DNA of 64,000 nt, from the NCBI GenBank assembly GCA_010015585.1, contig ML975155.1. The stretch is one strand, 5' to 3'. The translations under genes and the position numbers were made by a program. Of the stretch, positions 1 through 13,307 are shown one piece after another. The notes below the pieces were generated by a model. That model worked only from the letters and a program-made list of their open reading frames with translations. It made no database searches and was not told the DNA's origin. The DNA is from Eremomyces bilateralis CBS 781.70. Its lineage: Eukaryota. How positions within the stretch are numbered: position 1 is the stretch's first letter; the number at the start of each line of letters is the position of its first letter.

Positions 1-537
1 CAGTTGGTCGACGTCAAGTTCATCTACATGGACCTCAAAAAGCGGCACCAGGCTAATGTCCCCATGAACCCCGAAGCGGCCAGCATGATGAGCCGACTGA
101 ACGGCAAAGGTACCCTCCAAGACCTCGCCGACGAGCTCGGCTGCCAACGCTTCGGCTCGCCCCAAACCTGCGGGACGAACGCCTGGATGACCGGCAACAT
201 CTACTTCGCGCTGCGTAGCAAGATCTACGAAGGGCAGATCCCCGAGGAGTTTTACGGCCAGATGTGGGGCATTACCAGCGTGGGGAACCCGGCGTCTGCG
301 ACGATGCAGCAGGCCATCCTGGCGCTCCAGAGCGGGGGGGGGATGAACGGCACCAACGTCGGCGGCATGAACTTCCACTCCGGCACGCCGTCGCGCGACG
401 GGGCGCCGAGTACGCCAACAACGAATCCGGCGGGGTTGGCGACGTCGACGCCCGGGCCGCAGGGCAGCCATCCGGGGATGGGGACGTTCACACCGGGAGC
501 CGGAGGGATATTTGGGAACTTCCAGTACGGGAAGTAA
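1..537 (+). CDS. POP2: CCR4-NOT deadenylase subunit CAF1/POP2, 3' part only (gene starts before window)
   Basis: DVKFI...GTLQDLADELGCQRFG...MTGNIYFALRSKIYEGQI..FYGQMWG matches the CAF1 C-terminal pattern (DIKYL...GLQ.VA..L...RIG..HQAGSD..LTG..F...R...F.G.I....Y.G..WG), followed by a low-complexity tail; stop TAA at 535-537. Confidence 0.8.
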   Translation, partial: QLVDVKFIYMDLKKRHQANVPMNPEAASMMSRLNGKGTLQDLADELGCQRFGSPQTCGTNAWMTGNIYFALRSKIYEGQIPEEFYGQMWGITSVGNPASATMQQAILALQSGGGMNGTNVGGMNFHSGTPSRDGAPSTPTTNPAGLATSTPGPQGSHPGMGTFTPGAGGIFGNFQYGK

Positions 538-1512
538 ATGGGCATGGACGGATCGGGAGCAAAGCCGGGTCATAGATCTTTCGTTTACGGTCGGGATGGA
601 TATGCTGGTTTCTTGATACCTTATTTGCGGCAGCTTGAGACGGTCTTCAAATGGGTCTTGGAAGCATGTCTCTCGGGATCTTGCTGAGGCGTTTGCTTTG
701 AACTGCACCTGTAAGATATCATCATGCACTGGCGACCTGGTGGTACTCACGGCGTCTTACGGGACAGGACGTTTTCAATTTGATTGACCCTTCCATCTTC
801 AAATGATACCCTAAGCGTTCGTTCCGTGTCTGATATACCCCAAAAAAGGGCCGATATTCCCTATTCCAGACAGTATAATATCAGATTTCTGAGGTAAGTA
901 CACTATATGTGTGCTCTATGGACTGCATCCCGAAAGTCCGAAACACTTGCAAGCCCCACAGCCCAAACCCCTGTCCATTCCGACGCTCCACCCAGCGAAC
1001 TCGCACGACAACACCACCACAAGCTCCCTGATAACACACTCTCCCCTTACCCTTATCGGGACAAAATCTCCCCTTATCAACGCCAATGATGATCAATTGC
1101 ATCGCGTGGAGGCGCCATTTGTCGAGCTTTCCTCGTGTTTTACTTAATCTCACGTTTCTCAACCCCCTCCATTTGGGTCCATGTGGAGGTCTAGCTCGAT
1201 TTAGGTAGGTTGAGCCGGAGAGATGCGATCTGGCGAGGGTAAAATATGGCCATGGACCTCCGTCGCCGATCTGGATGCGTTGGAGTGAGCTTTATATCGG
1301 TCGAGAGTCGAGACCGCTTGGTATTGTGTCCGAGTATCGTGCGAGCGTTGTCGGCTCTCAGCATTCAGATCCGGAACTAGGTAAGGTTGTTGCCCTGGAG
1401 GATCTCAATATCCATATATACGTGTTGTCCCGTGTCTGTTTGGGTTCTTCAATTGTTCTTCTCGCTTTTCCACTTCATAGTCAATCCGTACATAGCCGCT
1501 TTGCACTCCATC

Positions 1513-3718
1513 ATGGTTGTCGACCGCCTCAAGCAGGTGGCTTCCCACGTGTCGGGCCAGACCGGCCCTCCCCACCCTCTGGACCCGCTCTCCGAAGCGG
1601 AAATTGCCCAAGCCGTCGCGATCGTGAGAAAGGAACATTCGGGGCTCTTCTTCAATGCCGTCACATTGTGGGAGCCCCGGAAGGCCCAGATGTTGGCATG
1701 GTTGGCGGATCCGAAAACGGCACCACGGCCGGTTCGCACGGCGGATATCGTGGCCCTGGGGCTGGGAAGTAAGGTGTACGATGGGACTGTGGACTTGGAG
1801 GCGGAGAAGATTGTGAGCTGGAAGTTGACGGAGAATGTTCAGCCGTTGGTAAGTGGGCTCGTCTGGTTGAATCGGATTTGGCTCATGGATGATAGATTAC
1901 GATGGAAGACCTCCAGGTGGTGGAAGCAATCGTGAGGAAAGACCCTCGAGTGATCGAACAATGCGGCATCATCGGTATTCCACCGGAGGATATGCATAAG
2001 GTCTACTGCGATCGTAAGTCTCCCAGGGAGTACGGATAGACATTGTACTAAAACGGCCCTAGCATGGACGATCGGCTACGATGAGCGATTCGGGAACAAA
2101 ATCCGGTTGCAGCAAGCCTTCGTTTACTATCGACCAAATCCAGATGACTGCCAGTATACATATCCGCTGGATTTCCTTCCCATCTTCAATACCGAGACAC
2201 ATGAGATCATTCACATCGACATTCCTCCGGTCAGAAGACCACTGAATAAAGCCCCTCCGATCAACTACCACGCCGAAGCCATTGAAAAGGAGGGCGGTTT
2301 CCGCGACGACCTGAAACCGATCAACATTACCCAGCCGGAAGGTGTCTCCTTCAAGGTGGACGGCCGAATCATTGACTGGCAGAAGTGGAAGGTTCACATC
2401 GGGTTCAACTATCGTGAGGGTCTCGTGCTGAGCAACATCACATTCAACGACAAGGGCACGGAAAGACCAGTATTCTGGAGATTGTCGTTGGCGGAGATGG
2501 TCGTTCCGTACGGTAACCCCGAGCATCCGCATCCCCGAAAGCACGCTTTCGATCTCGGAGAGTACGGTGCTGGATACATGACGAATAGCTTGACACTCGG
2601 ATGTGACTGCAAAGGGGCAATCCATTACATGGATGCTGCCTTCGTGAACCGAGCCGGCGAGGCGACCTCCATCAAGAATGCCATCTGCATACACGAAGAG
2701 GATGCCGGGATTCTGTTCAAGCACACTGATTTCCGCGACGAATCCTGCACGGTGACCCGTGCCCGCAAGCTCGTCATCTCCCAGATTTTCACCGCCGCCA
2801 ACTACGAGTACTGCGTCTACTGGATCTTCCACCAAGACGGCACCATCCAGCTGGAGGTTAAACTCACCGGCATCCTCAACACCTACCCTATGAACCCGGG
2901 CGAGGACCTGCATGGCTGGGGCACCGAGGTCTACCCCGGCGTCAACGCTCACAACCACCAGCATCTCTTCTGCATGCGCGTCGACCCCAACGTCGATGGG
3001 CCGAACAACACCGTATTCGAGGTCGACGCAACCCGTGGGCCCGGCGAAGTCGGCAGCCAGGAGAACTATCACGGCAATGCGTTCTACGCGAAGAAGACGA
3101 AGCTCGCAACGGCCGGCGAATCGAAGCGCGAGTACGACGGGTCAACCAGCCGGACCTGGGAAATGGTCAACCCCAACAAGATCAACCCCTACAGTCACAA
3201 GCCTGTGAGCTACAAGCTCGTCAGTCGTGAAGTACCCGGTCTCCTACCGAAAGAAGGCGGCCTCGTCTGGCGACGCGCCGGTTTCGCCCGCCACGCCATC
3301 CACGTCACCAAATGTAAGATTCCAGCCCGTATCCCCAATCCTCCAACTAAACCCCCCAGACTCCGACGACCAAATCCACCCCGCCGGCCGCCACGTCCCC
3401 CAAACCTCCGGCACCCCCAGCCACGGCCTTCCCGCCTGGATCGCCGCCAACCCCGCCGAGAACATCGACAACACTGACATCGTGCTGTGGCACACGTTCG
3501 GGCTGACGCACTTCCCCGCGCCCGAGGACTTCCCCATCATGCCCGCCGAGCCGATGACGCTGCTGCTGCGCCCGCGGAACTTCTTCACGAGCAACCCATG
3601 CATGGATATCCGGCCGAGCCATTCGAGCACGCCGACAGCGGTGGCGAAGGGGCAGGCGGTAGCGGTGGGGGATCCGGCGAGTCGGTTGGTGGGGGGTGGG
3701 GAGTGCTGTGCAAAGTGA
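1513..3718 (+). CDS. Copper-containing (TPQ) primary amine oxidase, probably peroxisomal
   Basis: Exons 1513-1848, 1896-2013, 2063-3313, 3360-3718 join in frame (687 aa); HPLDPLS N-terminus, TPQ motif ANYEY, copper ligands HNHQH, HFPAPEDFPIMP. Confidence 0.95.
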
Positions 3719-4121
3719 GGATGGGGGTCGTAGGATATCTGACTGCAGGCCTTTTCTAATCGACGGCCATTGTTCTGGCGTTGGTGAAAATCTACTTGCA
3801 GAACTTTTGGATATACGGATGATGATGACTATTAGTATGAAACGAATGGAATTTCTACGCTCTTGATGCGAAATGCAAACGAATACCGTACAGGGGTTGT
3901 GAGTTGTAACTTTTGGCCATCGGAACTTCACTGAATACGTACCGCCCCTGTGGGGTAGTGATATGTCGAGCTCCATTCCAGAAAAGGAAATGTACCCGCC
4001 AAATATCATCATCATATCAACAGAAACCCCAACAAGAATTCGATGATCCCTGCATTTGACAATTCTACAGATCCAGACTCGGCTTTCTTAACACAAATCT
4101 AAAAGTCTCATTTTCGCAAGG

Positions 4122-5828
4122 ATGCAACACGATCCACAGATCCGTACGTGTTTTCGCTGGTAGTCGGACCCGATCGTGCTAATCCAGCCTCACAGCGCCG
4201 TACACCACGGCCGATAAGACGTCGTTCGCACACACATCTGCCGAAGCCCGGTGGCCTGTGATTCTGGTACTACTTCCTAATTTTTAAGTAATACCATAAT
4301 CTAACTTGATGGCAGACGGGAGCCATCGACGACGTTCACCGTGCAACATGGAAGACTGACGATGACGAGAAGCTAAAAGAAGGGAAGAAGATCATCGAGG
4401 AGCTGGCGAAGCTGAAATATGAGCTGCAGCATAACCGGCAACTGACGTGAGGGATCTTCGATTTACTGTTGTTTGAAGTGTGAGGCTGATGTTCGTAGGC
4501 CGGTTCCGGACGATGGGGAAGGGGATGTCAAGTCCTATAACGTCGAGCTCGAGAAACGAGGTTCGCCAACGTGGTTCGACGTCTCTTGGTTGTATTCGGA
4601 ATGCTATCTCTACAGGTAACGCAGCCCAGACCACCACAAGAGGCACCGGAAATACTTACGATGGCAGGCGAGTCAACACATTGTTCTCAATGTCCAAGCA
4701 CTGGAAGAGCTACGATATTTTCGAAAACCAGAAGATGTCTACCTTTAAATCATCGCGTCCGGCTGTACTGGAGCTGGCATCTCGATACAAGGATCTGATC
4801 CATGAGATCAAAACCGCTAATGATCACGAGTCGACAAAGTCCCCCCAGGAAATCGAAGCTGCGGAGGAGATCCTCTTCATGGAGATGTGTGAGATATGCC
4901 TATGGGGCAACGCAACCGACTTGTCCCTCCTCACCACCCTATCGTACGAGGACATCCAGAAACTCCAAGGCTCCTCAGCGCGCAAAGCCGCCGAGAAAAA
5001 CATCATCGCGAACGACCTACCCGCCGCCTTCGCGGCGCTGAAAGCCGTGCAGAAGAACGGCCACCCGCACCGCCGCGTCGACATCATCCTCGACAACGCC
5101 GGCTTCGAGCTCTTCGTCGACCTCTTCCTCGCCGGCTACCTCCTCGCCTCCGGGTTGGCCACCACCGTCGTCCTTCACCCCAAGTCGATCCCCTGGTTCG
5201 TCTCTGACGTGGTCCCGAAGGACTTCGGCGACCTGCTCGGCTTCCTCGCGGATCCGAGGGCGTTCTACGAGACGTTGTCGGAGGACGAGAAGCATGCGGG
5301 GAAGACGCCGGAGCCGTTGTCCGATGGGGATGCGGAGAACCTGGCGTTCTTATTTGAGAGTTGGAGGGGCTTTCATGCGGAGGGGCAGTTGGTGATTCGG
5401 CCGAATCGGTTCTGGACGATGGCGGGGAGCTTCTGGCGGATGCCGGGGACTGCGTCTGAGCTATTTGAGGATCTGCAGGAGAGCGAGTTGGTGGTGTACA
5501 AGGGCGATCTCAACTACCGGAAGTTGACCGGCGATGTAAGATCAAAACCTATGTGTTGATTCTATTGACTGACAATGTCTTGCAGGTGATGTGGGATCCG
5601 ACGACACCGTTCGTCGAGGCCGTCGGACCGCTGGGAAAAGGCTCAGGCATGAGGACCCTGGCGTTGCGAACGTGCAAGGCGGATGTGGTGGTGGGGTTGA
5701 AGAAGGGAGAAGATGAGCGGCTTCGGGCTACGGAGGGTGGAGGGGGAGACTCAGGTGCGCGGAAGTGGGCGTGGAGTGGAAAGTGGGCGGTGGTTCAGTT
5801 CTGCGATGGCAAGCAGAAAGCCGCATAA
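4122..5828 (+). CDS. DUF89/ARMT1-family damage-control phosphatase (YMR027W-like)
   Basis: Six exons with GT-AG introns; motifs RWPVIL, WLYSECYLY, CLWGNATDLS, LDNAGFEL, KGDLNYRKL, LRTCKADVVVG. Confidence 0.92.
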
Positions 5829-7048
5829 GTAGGAGTATTGCCTGTGGGAACGAATAGAATTGACTATGGATAGAGGGATGTTTCCATACCGATAAGTAAA
5901 TATTCGAAGCGACTCACCACTGGATTGATGGCTGATCTGCACTGTGATATCGCTTAGAACAAGTAAATTTCTTAAGGCAGGTATTCTTGGCTCACGACGC
6001 CCACTTCGTCATTGGATATGCTCAGTCCCGTCCTCAAGTTACCAATAACGATAGAGCCAGATCCTATACTTTCACGGGGTGTGTGCTTTACGTCTCCAGG
6101 ATCTGCGTTGGCTAATGATGCCTCTTCCCAGTCGCTTTCGACCCCGACATTGTCACCACGCAAGGCCGCCATCTTCTCCCCCACCCCAATACCCTAACCC
6201 ATCTACTTCCCGCGACGGGATTACCACTCACGCTGGAGGAAGTGTTGCAACTTGCGGTGTTTCAGCATGCGGCTTGAGTTTAAAGTACGGTGAAGAGGAT
6301 GCTAGGGAATGGCTGCACCGTTATACTTCCCCCCATATTCGACAGAAATGGATCGACAAACACAACACAGCTGTAGCTGCGTTGGACTATTCGTCTGTAT
6401 CATCGGGCTATTCACCGACACGCAGTCTGGAGCCCACGCGGCGTGGCCATCGCAACCATATTTCGCCCTCAACTCTAGGCGGTGACATTACGGATTCCAG
6501 CAATAAGTCCAAGTCGGAATTCACAAGACAACGGCCAGAGGAGGATCTTCTCCCAGCGCCGGGGCTGAGAGACGCCTTAACGACCTTGCGGGGGGTATAA
6601 ACCGCAAGGTGTCTATCAATAAGGCGCGGCACAACTCACAAGGCACCAGGCTGATCGGAGGAAAATGTCAACGGCACCAATGGGCATATGAGGGAACCCG
6701 CGTCATAATAGAAGAGACGGCGCAGAGACCCAAACAAGGACCGCGATTGCCGACCAGCAAGTAAGCGGGAGCATGGTTGGAGTACGGCATTTGGCTCGCT
6801 TCAAGAAGCTGATGGTTGGTTCTGAAACTACTGATAGTAAATGCGGGGTTCCCCCGTCTCGTATGGGAGGGAAAGTAAAAGGCGATAAGACTCACAAGAG
6901 ACCGTCGAGCATCGACTTTAATTTCTATAGTTGCGCGTTGTTAAGGATAAAGATAAAGTGCTTACCATTTTGTAGTTATTTATTATGGAGTTATCTGGAT
7001 ATCAGTTCCAATTCAAGCCTTATAGCCTGAGGCATCAAATCCAAAATC

Positions 7049-7066
7049 GAAAGGTCCAGAAGGTTC
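7049..7066. promoter_or_regulatory. Heat shock element upstream of SIS1
   Basis: GAAagGTCcaGAAggTTC = four alternating nGAAn units with one mismatch, ~390 nt upstream of the SIS1 ATG; second HSE-like TTCtaGGAgcTTC at 7264-7276; SIS1 is an established Hsf1 target. Confidence 0.6.
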
Positions 7067-7456
7067 GATGATCTCAACAGCTGATTGGGCGGAAGGTGTC
7101 TGACGTAACCGAACAATACGCTTCCGGTTGTGTCGCTCATTGTGGGAGAAGCTGTTCTATCACCAGTTCACCACATTAATGCCATATTCCTGTCGGTAAT
7201 AAAGAACAATCAATCCTATCTCATCAGGCTTGTTTACTCCTCTCTTCCATTTCCCTCCATTCTTTCTAGGAGCTTCCAAATCTGCCTCCCCCGCGGGACT
7301 CCATCTCGCGCTATCACCACCACCCCACCATCACAAACTTGCACCGTCTGCCATTGCCACGCCATATATCTTTCCCTCTCGCCTTTCCTTAACTTGGCTA
7401 CCACTCTTGAACCACTCCAGATTCTCGGACCATTGGGTCCATTTCATTAATTCACC

Positions 7457-8209
7457 ATGGTTGCCGAAACAAAACTATACGATCATTTGAGTATGCCCCC
7501 CGCTTTTCATATATGGCCTGGTCACTCGTCTGATCAATGGAGCGTGGCTGCTGTCTCACTTTTCAGAAGAGCTACTTGTCAAAGACCAAGCTGACCAGTT
7601 CGTTTGCAGGTATCAAACCCGACGCCTCTCAAGATGACATCAAGAAAGCCTACCGAAAGGCCGCCCTGAAATACCATCCCGATAAGAACAAAGACAACCC
7701 CAGCGCCGGCGAGAAGTTCAAAGGTCCGTCCTCTCTCTCATCTCACGCCTCCTCATTGCAATTGCTAACCCTGTGAACCGCAGAGGTCTCCCAAGCCTAC
7801 GAAATCCTCTCCGACCCCGAAAAGCGCAAAACCTACGACCAATACGGCCTTGAATTCATCCTTCGCGGCGGCGTCCCACCCCCCGAAGGCGCCGAGGCAG
7901 GAGGCATGCCCTTCGAAGGCGGCGCCGGCGGTTTCCCAGGCGGTTTCGGCGGGGGCGGGATGCCCGGCGGGGCGCGCACCTTCCACTTCAACACGGGCGG
8001 CGGCGCCGGGGCTGGGGCGGGCGGGTTCAACTTCTCGAACCCGGAGAACATCTTTGCGGAATTTGTGCGGGGCGGAGCGGGAACGCGGGGGGGAATGGGG
8101 GACGAGGATGATTTCTTCCAGGCGTTCATGGCGGGGGCGGGGGGGAAGCCGGGGCGCGGAGGGCAACGGGGGGCGAGTCGGTTCGGGGGGGTGGGGGGCG
8201 GGGGGGCCG

Positions 8210-8260
<51 letters not shown>

Positions 8261-8870
8261 ACGAAGGCGCCGGCGCCGGAGGTGACGGTGTTGGAGAAGC
8301 CGTTGCCGGTGACGTTGGAGGAGATCTTCGGGGGGACGACGAAGAAGATGAAGATTAAGCGGAAGACGTACGATCAGGTGACGGGAAAGCAGAGCATTGA
8401 GGATCGGATCTTGGAGGTACCGATCAAACGGGGGTTGAAGCCCGGGAGCAAGATCAAGTTCTCGAACGTGGGCGATCAGACGGAGGGAGGGACGCAGGAT
8501 CTGCATTTCATCGTGAAAGAGGTACGTTTCCCCCGCACATCCCCATTCCGCGCACTCCACTAACCCTCCCCCCCAGAAAGACCACATGCTCTTCAAGCGC
8601 GACGGCGACGACGTCCGCACCACCATCGACCTCGACCTCAAAGAATCCCTCCTCGGCTGGCGCCGCACCGTGTCCACTATCGACGGCAAGCAGGTGATTG
8701 TGCAGCACGGCGGGCCCACCCCGCCCACTTGGGAGACGCGGTATCCGGAGCTCGGCATGCCCAAGAGCAAGAAACCCACCGAGCGCGGCGACTTTGTGGT
8801 GGGCGTACGGATTAAGTTCCCGGCGAGTTTGACGGAGCAGCAGAAGGAGATTCTGCGGGATGTGCTGTAG
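7457..8870 (+). CDS. SIS1: Type II Hsp40/DnaJ co-chaperone Sis1/Psi1 (apparent frameshift in a poly-G run)
   Basis: MVAETKLYD..., J-domain HPD (KYHPDKNK), G/F-rich region, DnaJ_C ([30 protein letters not shown]); exons 7457-7490, 7610-7723, 7784-8521, 8577-8870 sum to 1180 nt (3n+1). Confidence 0.93.
8214..8255. repeat. 42-nt G homopolymer
   Basis: Uninterrupted G run inside SIS1 exon 3. Confidence 0.95.
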
Positions 8871-9357
8871 ATGGGTGGGGATTGGCTGAAACAGTTAAGC
8901 ACGATCACGTCTGGTGGCGGATGTGCGGCGGCGGACTCCTTTCGCATTCCTGTGTTTCCGAGGTGGTTTTAATCGTTGCATCTGATGTGTATGGGTATAC
9001 AAAGGCATATCGGTTGGTCAAGGCGGTCGAGCATTCTCACCGTTACAGAGGCGACTGAGGAATTGGGGATCAGCATAGGGGCGATGTGGCGAGGGCCAAC
9101 GACATTAGATGATTTCATGGCAGCGATGGATTCTCCTTATCTATTCTACCACATACATCAGCAGGCGCATTTGGAACAGCACGAACGGAGCCCCAAAAAA
9201 GGGGACCTCGTTTCCGAGAGAACGGCGTTCGGGGAGGTGGTTTTTGAAGGCACCCTGGAAGGAAGATGCCACAGATGGCTTGGTATTATTTGGATTACTT
9301 TACTTTCTCTTCCTGTATCGTAGCTTGCTTTGTTTTGTGCAATGGCGGGCGGGACGT

Positions 9358-12300
9358 CTAGTCTAGCTCAATAGCATCGTCTGCACTCATCCCGGTTCCC
9401 GACGCGGGCCAGCTATTCGATGCCGGCGGCGGGTTGGCCTTGTTCGACACGTTTCTGAGGACCCGGTTGACGAACTGTCCTTGCGAAGCCGGCTGCGACG
9501 GCTGCTGATGATCTTCCGGAACTCTCTCCTTCCCCTTCCCATTCATATCCGCCGGGCGCGGCCTCAGCTCCTCCTCCTCCTCCTCCTCCTCCTCCTCCTT
9601 TGGCACAAACTTGCTCACCCGCCCATAATACTTCGGCAAGCTCCGCGGCGGCGACCCCGCATTGATCCCACCCGCCCCACTCGACGGCGACATGCTCGGC
9701 CCCGTATACCCCCCGCTCGACCCAGCGCTCGACCGCAGCCGCGCCGCCTCCTTCTCCCGCTCCTCGCGGAAGAACGCGATGCTGTCGTCCATCGCCTGAG
9801 TGACTGTGCGGACGCGCGCGAAGAGCGCCTCGTCGTCGGCGAGGACTTGTTGGAAGGGTTTGCGGGGGGGGGAGGGGGCGTGGGTGCCGGTTGGGGTGGG
9901 AGAAGGGTCGTCGTTGGCTTGGTCCCAGTTGCGTTTTCGGGAGGGGGGTTGGGCGACGAGGGAAGGGGGGATGCCGCGGGCTTTGAGGCGGAAGTAGTCG
10001 CTTTTGGTGGTGCTGGTGCGGTAGCTGGGTGTGAAGGTGCTGGAGCCGAGGGAGGCGTTGCGGAGGGGGGAAGGGATGGGGGGGTGGGTTGATGTGGTGG
10101 AGTTGGCGTGAGAAAAGTGGGCGGAGGGTTGGGTTTGGGACCGGCGGTGGTTGGTCGGTGGTCGAGATGAAGGGTTGACGCTGTTTTTCAGGATGCCTTT
10201 GAGCTGTGATGTGCTGCTTGCTTTTCCATTGATGGAGCCGGCGAGTCGCTCCTTATCCTTCCCCTCGGAGTGGACACCATGATCGCTTCGGTCGAGTTCG
10301 GGTTGTGATCGACGGAAACTATCGGCGAAGATGCTGCTTGCCAATGGTTCGCCGGTTGACCGCCTCATCCTTGCCTCCTTGATCCGGATCCTCCTCTCGT
10401 GCCCGCGTCTTCGATGTTTCAAACTGTAGGACAGGCGGTGCCAAATCGTGCCATATTTCTTTGCCAGCTTCCTGCTCCGGAATTCATCCGCCTCTTGACA
10501 TAATTTCTCATCCTCCCATTCCATCATCGCGTTGGTAATCAGGGGTCCAGATATGAACTCGACAAACTGCCTCATGAACCCGTCTCGGCGGTTCAAGACC
10601 AACTCGTGTGCGAGATAATCATAAGTCTCAGATTTCCTCCTCTTTTTCGCTTCGACTACTTGTTGCTTTGCTGCTTCTTCAGCCTTCCGTCGATCTTCGA
10701 TCTGACGTAACACCTCCGCCTTGCGCAATTCCTCTTGTCGGCGCTGTTCCTCGAGTCGTTTTTGTTCCGCCGCTCGCTGCTGCTCTGCAATTCTCTGCTG
10801 CTCGACAATTCTCTGCTGTTCCGCGATCCGTTGCTGTCCAGCTGCCTTTTGTTGAGCAGCCAAATCATCCTGTCCGGTTTGAGCGGCGACTTGAGGTGGA
10901 GTAGGATTCTGCGATTGCTGTTGACTGCCGCCGCTGAATTGAAACGACCCTGACGATGATGGAGCCTGGGCTGATGTCGAGAAGATAGACTGGTTCGTTC
11001 CCGTCGATTTCGAGATGCCGTTTGCTGCATTTGGGCTCGCTGGTTTCGGGGCGAAAGGACTCGTAGATTGATTGGCACTCGTTTTCGGAGGGTTGAAACC
11101 CGACGGGGCGCCGAACGCCAATGGTGACGATTTATTGGTACTTGAATCTGGAGGATTTCGCTGTGGGGGGGGGAACATTTGCGAATTGGGGCTTCCGAAA
11201 AAGGACCCTGACCCTGAAGGTGACGGTTGTGGTTTGCCGAAGGCGCTCGTAAACGGTTGAGGAGAATTAAACACCCCATTCAGGCCAGAGTTTTGAGGAA
11301 TCGCTGGAGGTTGACCTCCGCCGGTGAATATTCCAGGGGATGATTTCGGTTCGAATGCCGATGCCCCTGAATTCAAGAACCCTGTGGCTGCCTCCTTCTC
11401 TTTCGCCTTCCCTTCCGGATCCTTGACAAAGAGCGAATTGCCGTCGTCTTCCATGAACTCATCCCTTTCATGCTCCCCCTCTTCCGAATCCACAAGTGAA
11501 TCGACCTCTCCCTTGTCACGCGCTACCTTGACGCTCAGCCCATAAATGACGGCGGTGAGCGTACGCCCTATTCTTTTTTTTTCAACCAATCGAACAGACT
11601 TCCTCTGATCTCGCATCCCCCCGGTTGGACTAGGGAAAACCTTCCCTGGCACCGATGCCAAGTCAATAAACCGCTTTCCATCCGCCCTCTGTCCAACAAC
11701 AAATCCATATCCTTCGCAGAATTGCACAACTTCCCCCTCTTTATCAAATCCTAAGGCACCTTCCAGGTCCTCAACAATCCAATCCTCTATTTTTCTGGGT
11801 CCTCCTGGTCGGTATGACTTCCAGATGGTACGAAGAGCGGCCTCTCGAATCATGCCGAAGAATATCTCAGCGACACACGCCATGAGGTAGGACGTTCGAG
11901 GTGACGCAACTAAGTTCCAGAAGCGACCCCAGGAGCCTTGTGACGTCAGGTGACGCGACTTGGGTTCAAGGGGACCTTGTAGGTTATGAACATTGGATGC
12001 TGCGTGGTACAGCTTCAACGCTTGTTGCACTCGACGGTCCATTAAAATATCGCTTGGCCAAGACTGTACTCGATCCTCCAAATCTGGAATGCGAGCTTGT
12101 AGCTGAAAGATGATGCAGTATGCCCGGAATTCGGCTTCGTTCGGCGACCTATATCGTTCTCGATTATCATCGTAGTACTGCATTAGTGAGAGAAGAGTCC
12201 GGTCCAGTTGCTGCCGTTCTTGGAAGGAATCGTATTGATCGTAAGGCTTCTCAGCGAGCGCAAACTGGTGCAAAGACAAGATGTGGAATCGTGCGATTTC

Positions 12301-13307
12301 TTCGTAGCATTCGATGGCAATACGGACATCCGGGATTTTCGTAAGTTGTTGGATCGAGAAATCGTTTCGGATTGCACGCGTTCGATCCCAAAGGAAATGG
12401 TGGACCGATGCGAGGGTATCTGACTCCGCAATGAGATCGGAGAACAGGTACCTGACCGTTTTCTTGGACATGTCAGCTGCGAAGTATCTCTGGCAGCATG
12501 AATTCATACCTGAAGGGTCGTGGGTGGGCGCAAATCGGAGGGAAGTTGTTCATCCATGCCGGCAGCAGCACGTCGAAATTTCTTGACCATCTTATGCTCC
12601 GCCGGCACAGGCTTGAGGGTCCCGTCCGCTTCCTGGAGTTCCTAGAAAGCCAAATTAATTCATCCTTGAAATCGAAACACCAAATACACTATATACTCAG
12701 CCGGTGATTGGGTATCGTACCGTTTCGGCGCCCCAAACATCCTTCTCCACGATTCGTTGTACTCGTTCGTATTCGGGACACATGTCCGGACAGTTGCCCA
12801 CAGGCTTGATCGCTTCGGATAGGAGTCGGGGTTTGTCCGGATCGGCAATGAGACCGGATTTGATGCCCTCCTCTCGTTCATGTTCGCGCTTCCGCTTGAG
12901 CTAAATAGCCGAGTATCGAGTTAGTTTCCAGTCGTGTTTCGGCCTTTCGGTTTGGCGCGCATTGTCACCAGCTGAGAAAGATGATTACTGACCGTCACAT
13001 ATTTCTGCGGATAAGACATTGACGCATGTAGTGTTGTAGGTGCCGTAGGCGCAACAGTTCTTGGTTGTGGTTGTTGGACGCCGTCGCGTCCTCGTCGCGC
13101 TCGCTGTGCAGTACCTCCGCGCGCTGGTCTTGCATTGTTGTTGCCCTCCGCGAACCGGACTCGTCGCGCTTCGAGACGGGATTTGGATTCATCGTCGCTT
13201 GCTGGCGTGGCGGCGCGACCATTCCTAAGCGTTCCTCCACCGCGTCCCCTTCCCCGTCCGCGGGAGCTCCCATCTCCTCCGCCGCCGCCCCGTCGAGGCG
13301 TCGACAT
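9358..13307 (-). CDS. SAC3: SAC3/GANP-family TREX-2 mRNA export scaffold
   Basis: GNCPDMCPEYER, FLWDRTRAIRNDFSIQQ, IARFHILSLH, NEAEFRAY motifs; RG-rich N-terminus from ATG 13307; F/G-rich middle; short 5' introns. Confidence 0.92.

Noticed and set aside
2059..3072. 337-aa antisense ORF, and similar long shadow ORFs (e.g. 46740-47951, 41111-41932, 45338-46072)
   Set aside because: Antisense or off-frame shadows of GC-rich coding genes with no motifs
6079..6600. 173-aa ORF between DUF89 and SIS1
   Set aside because: Non-ATG start, no motif or splice structure I could support
8976..9366. Short ORFs between SIS1 and SAC3
   Set aside because: Lie in convergent 3'-UTR space; no features
9568..9598. 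(CTC)n microsatellite
   Set aside because: Encodes an ordinary poly-Glu tract in the SAC3 tail
11341..11365. GGTTCGAATGCC T-loop-like sequence
   Set aside because: Inside the SAC3 CDS, with no cloverleaf
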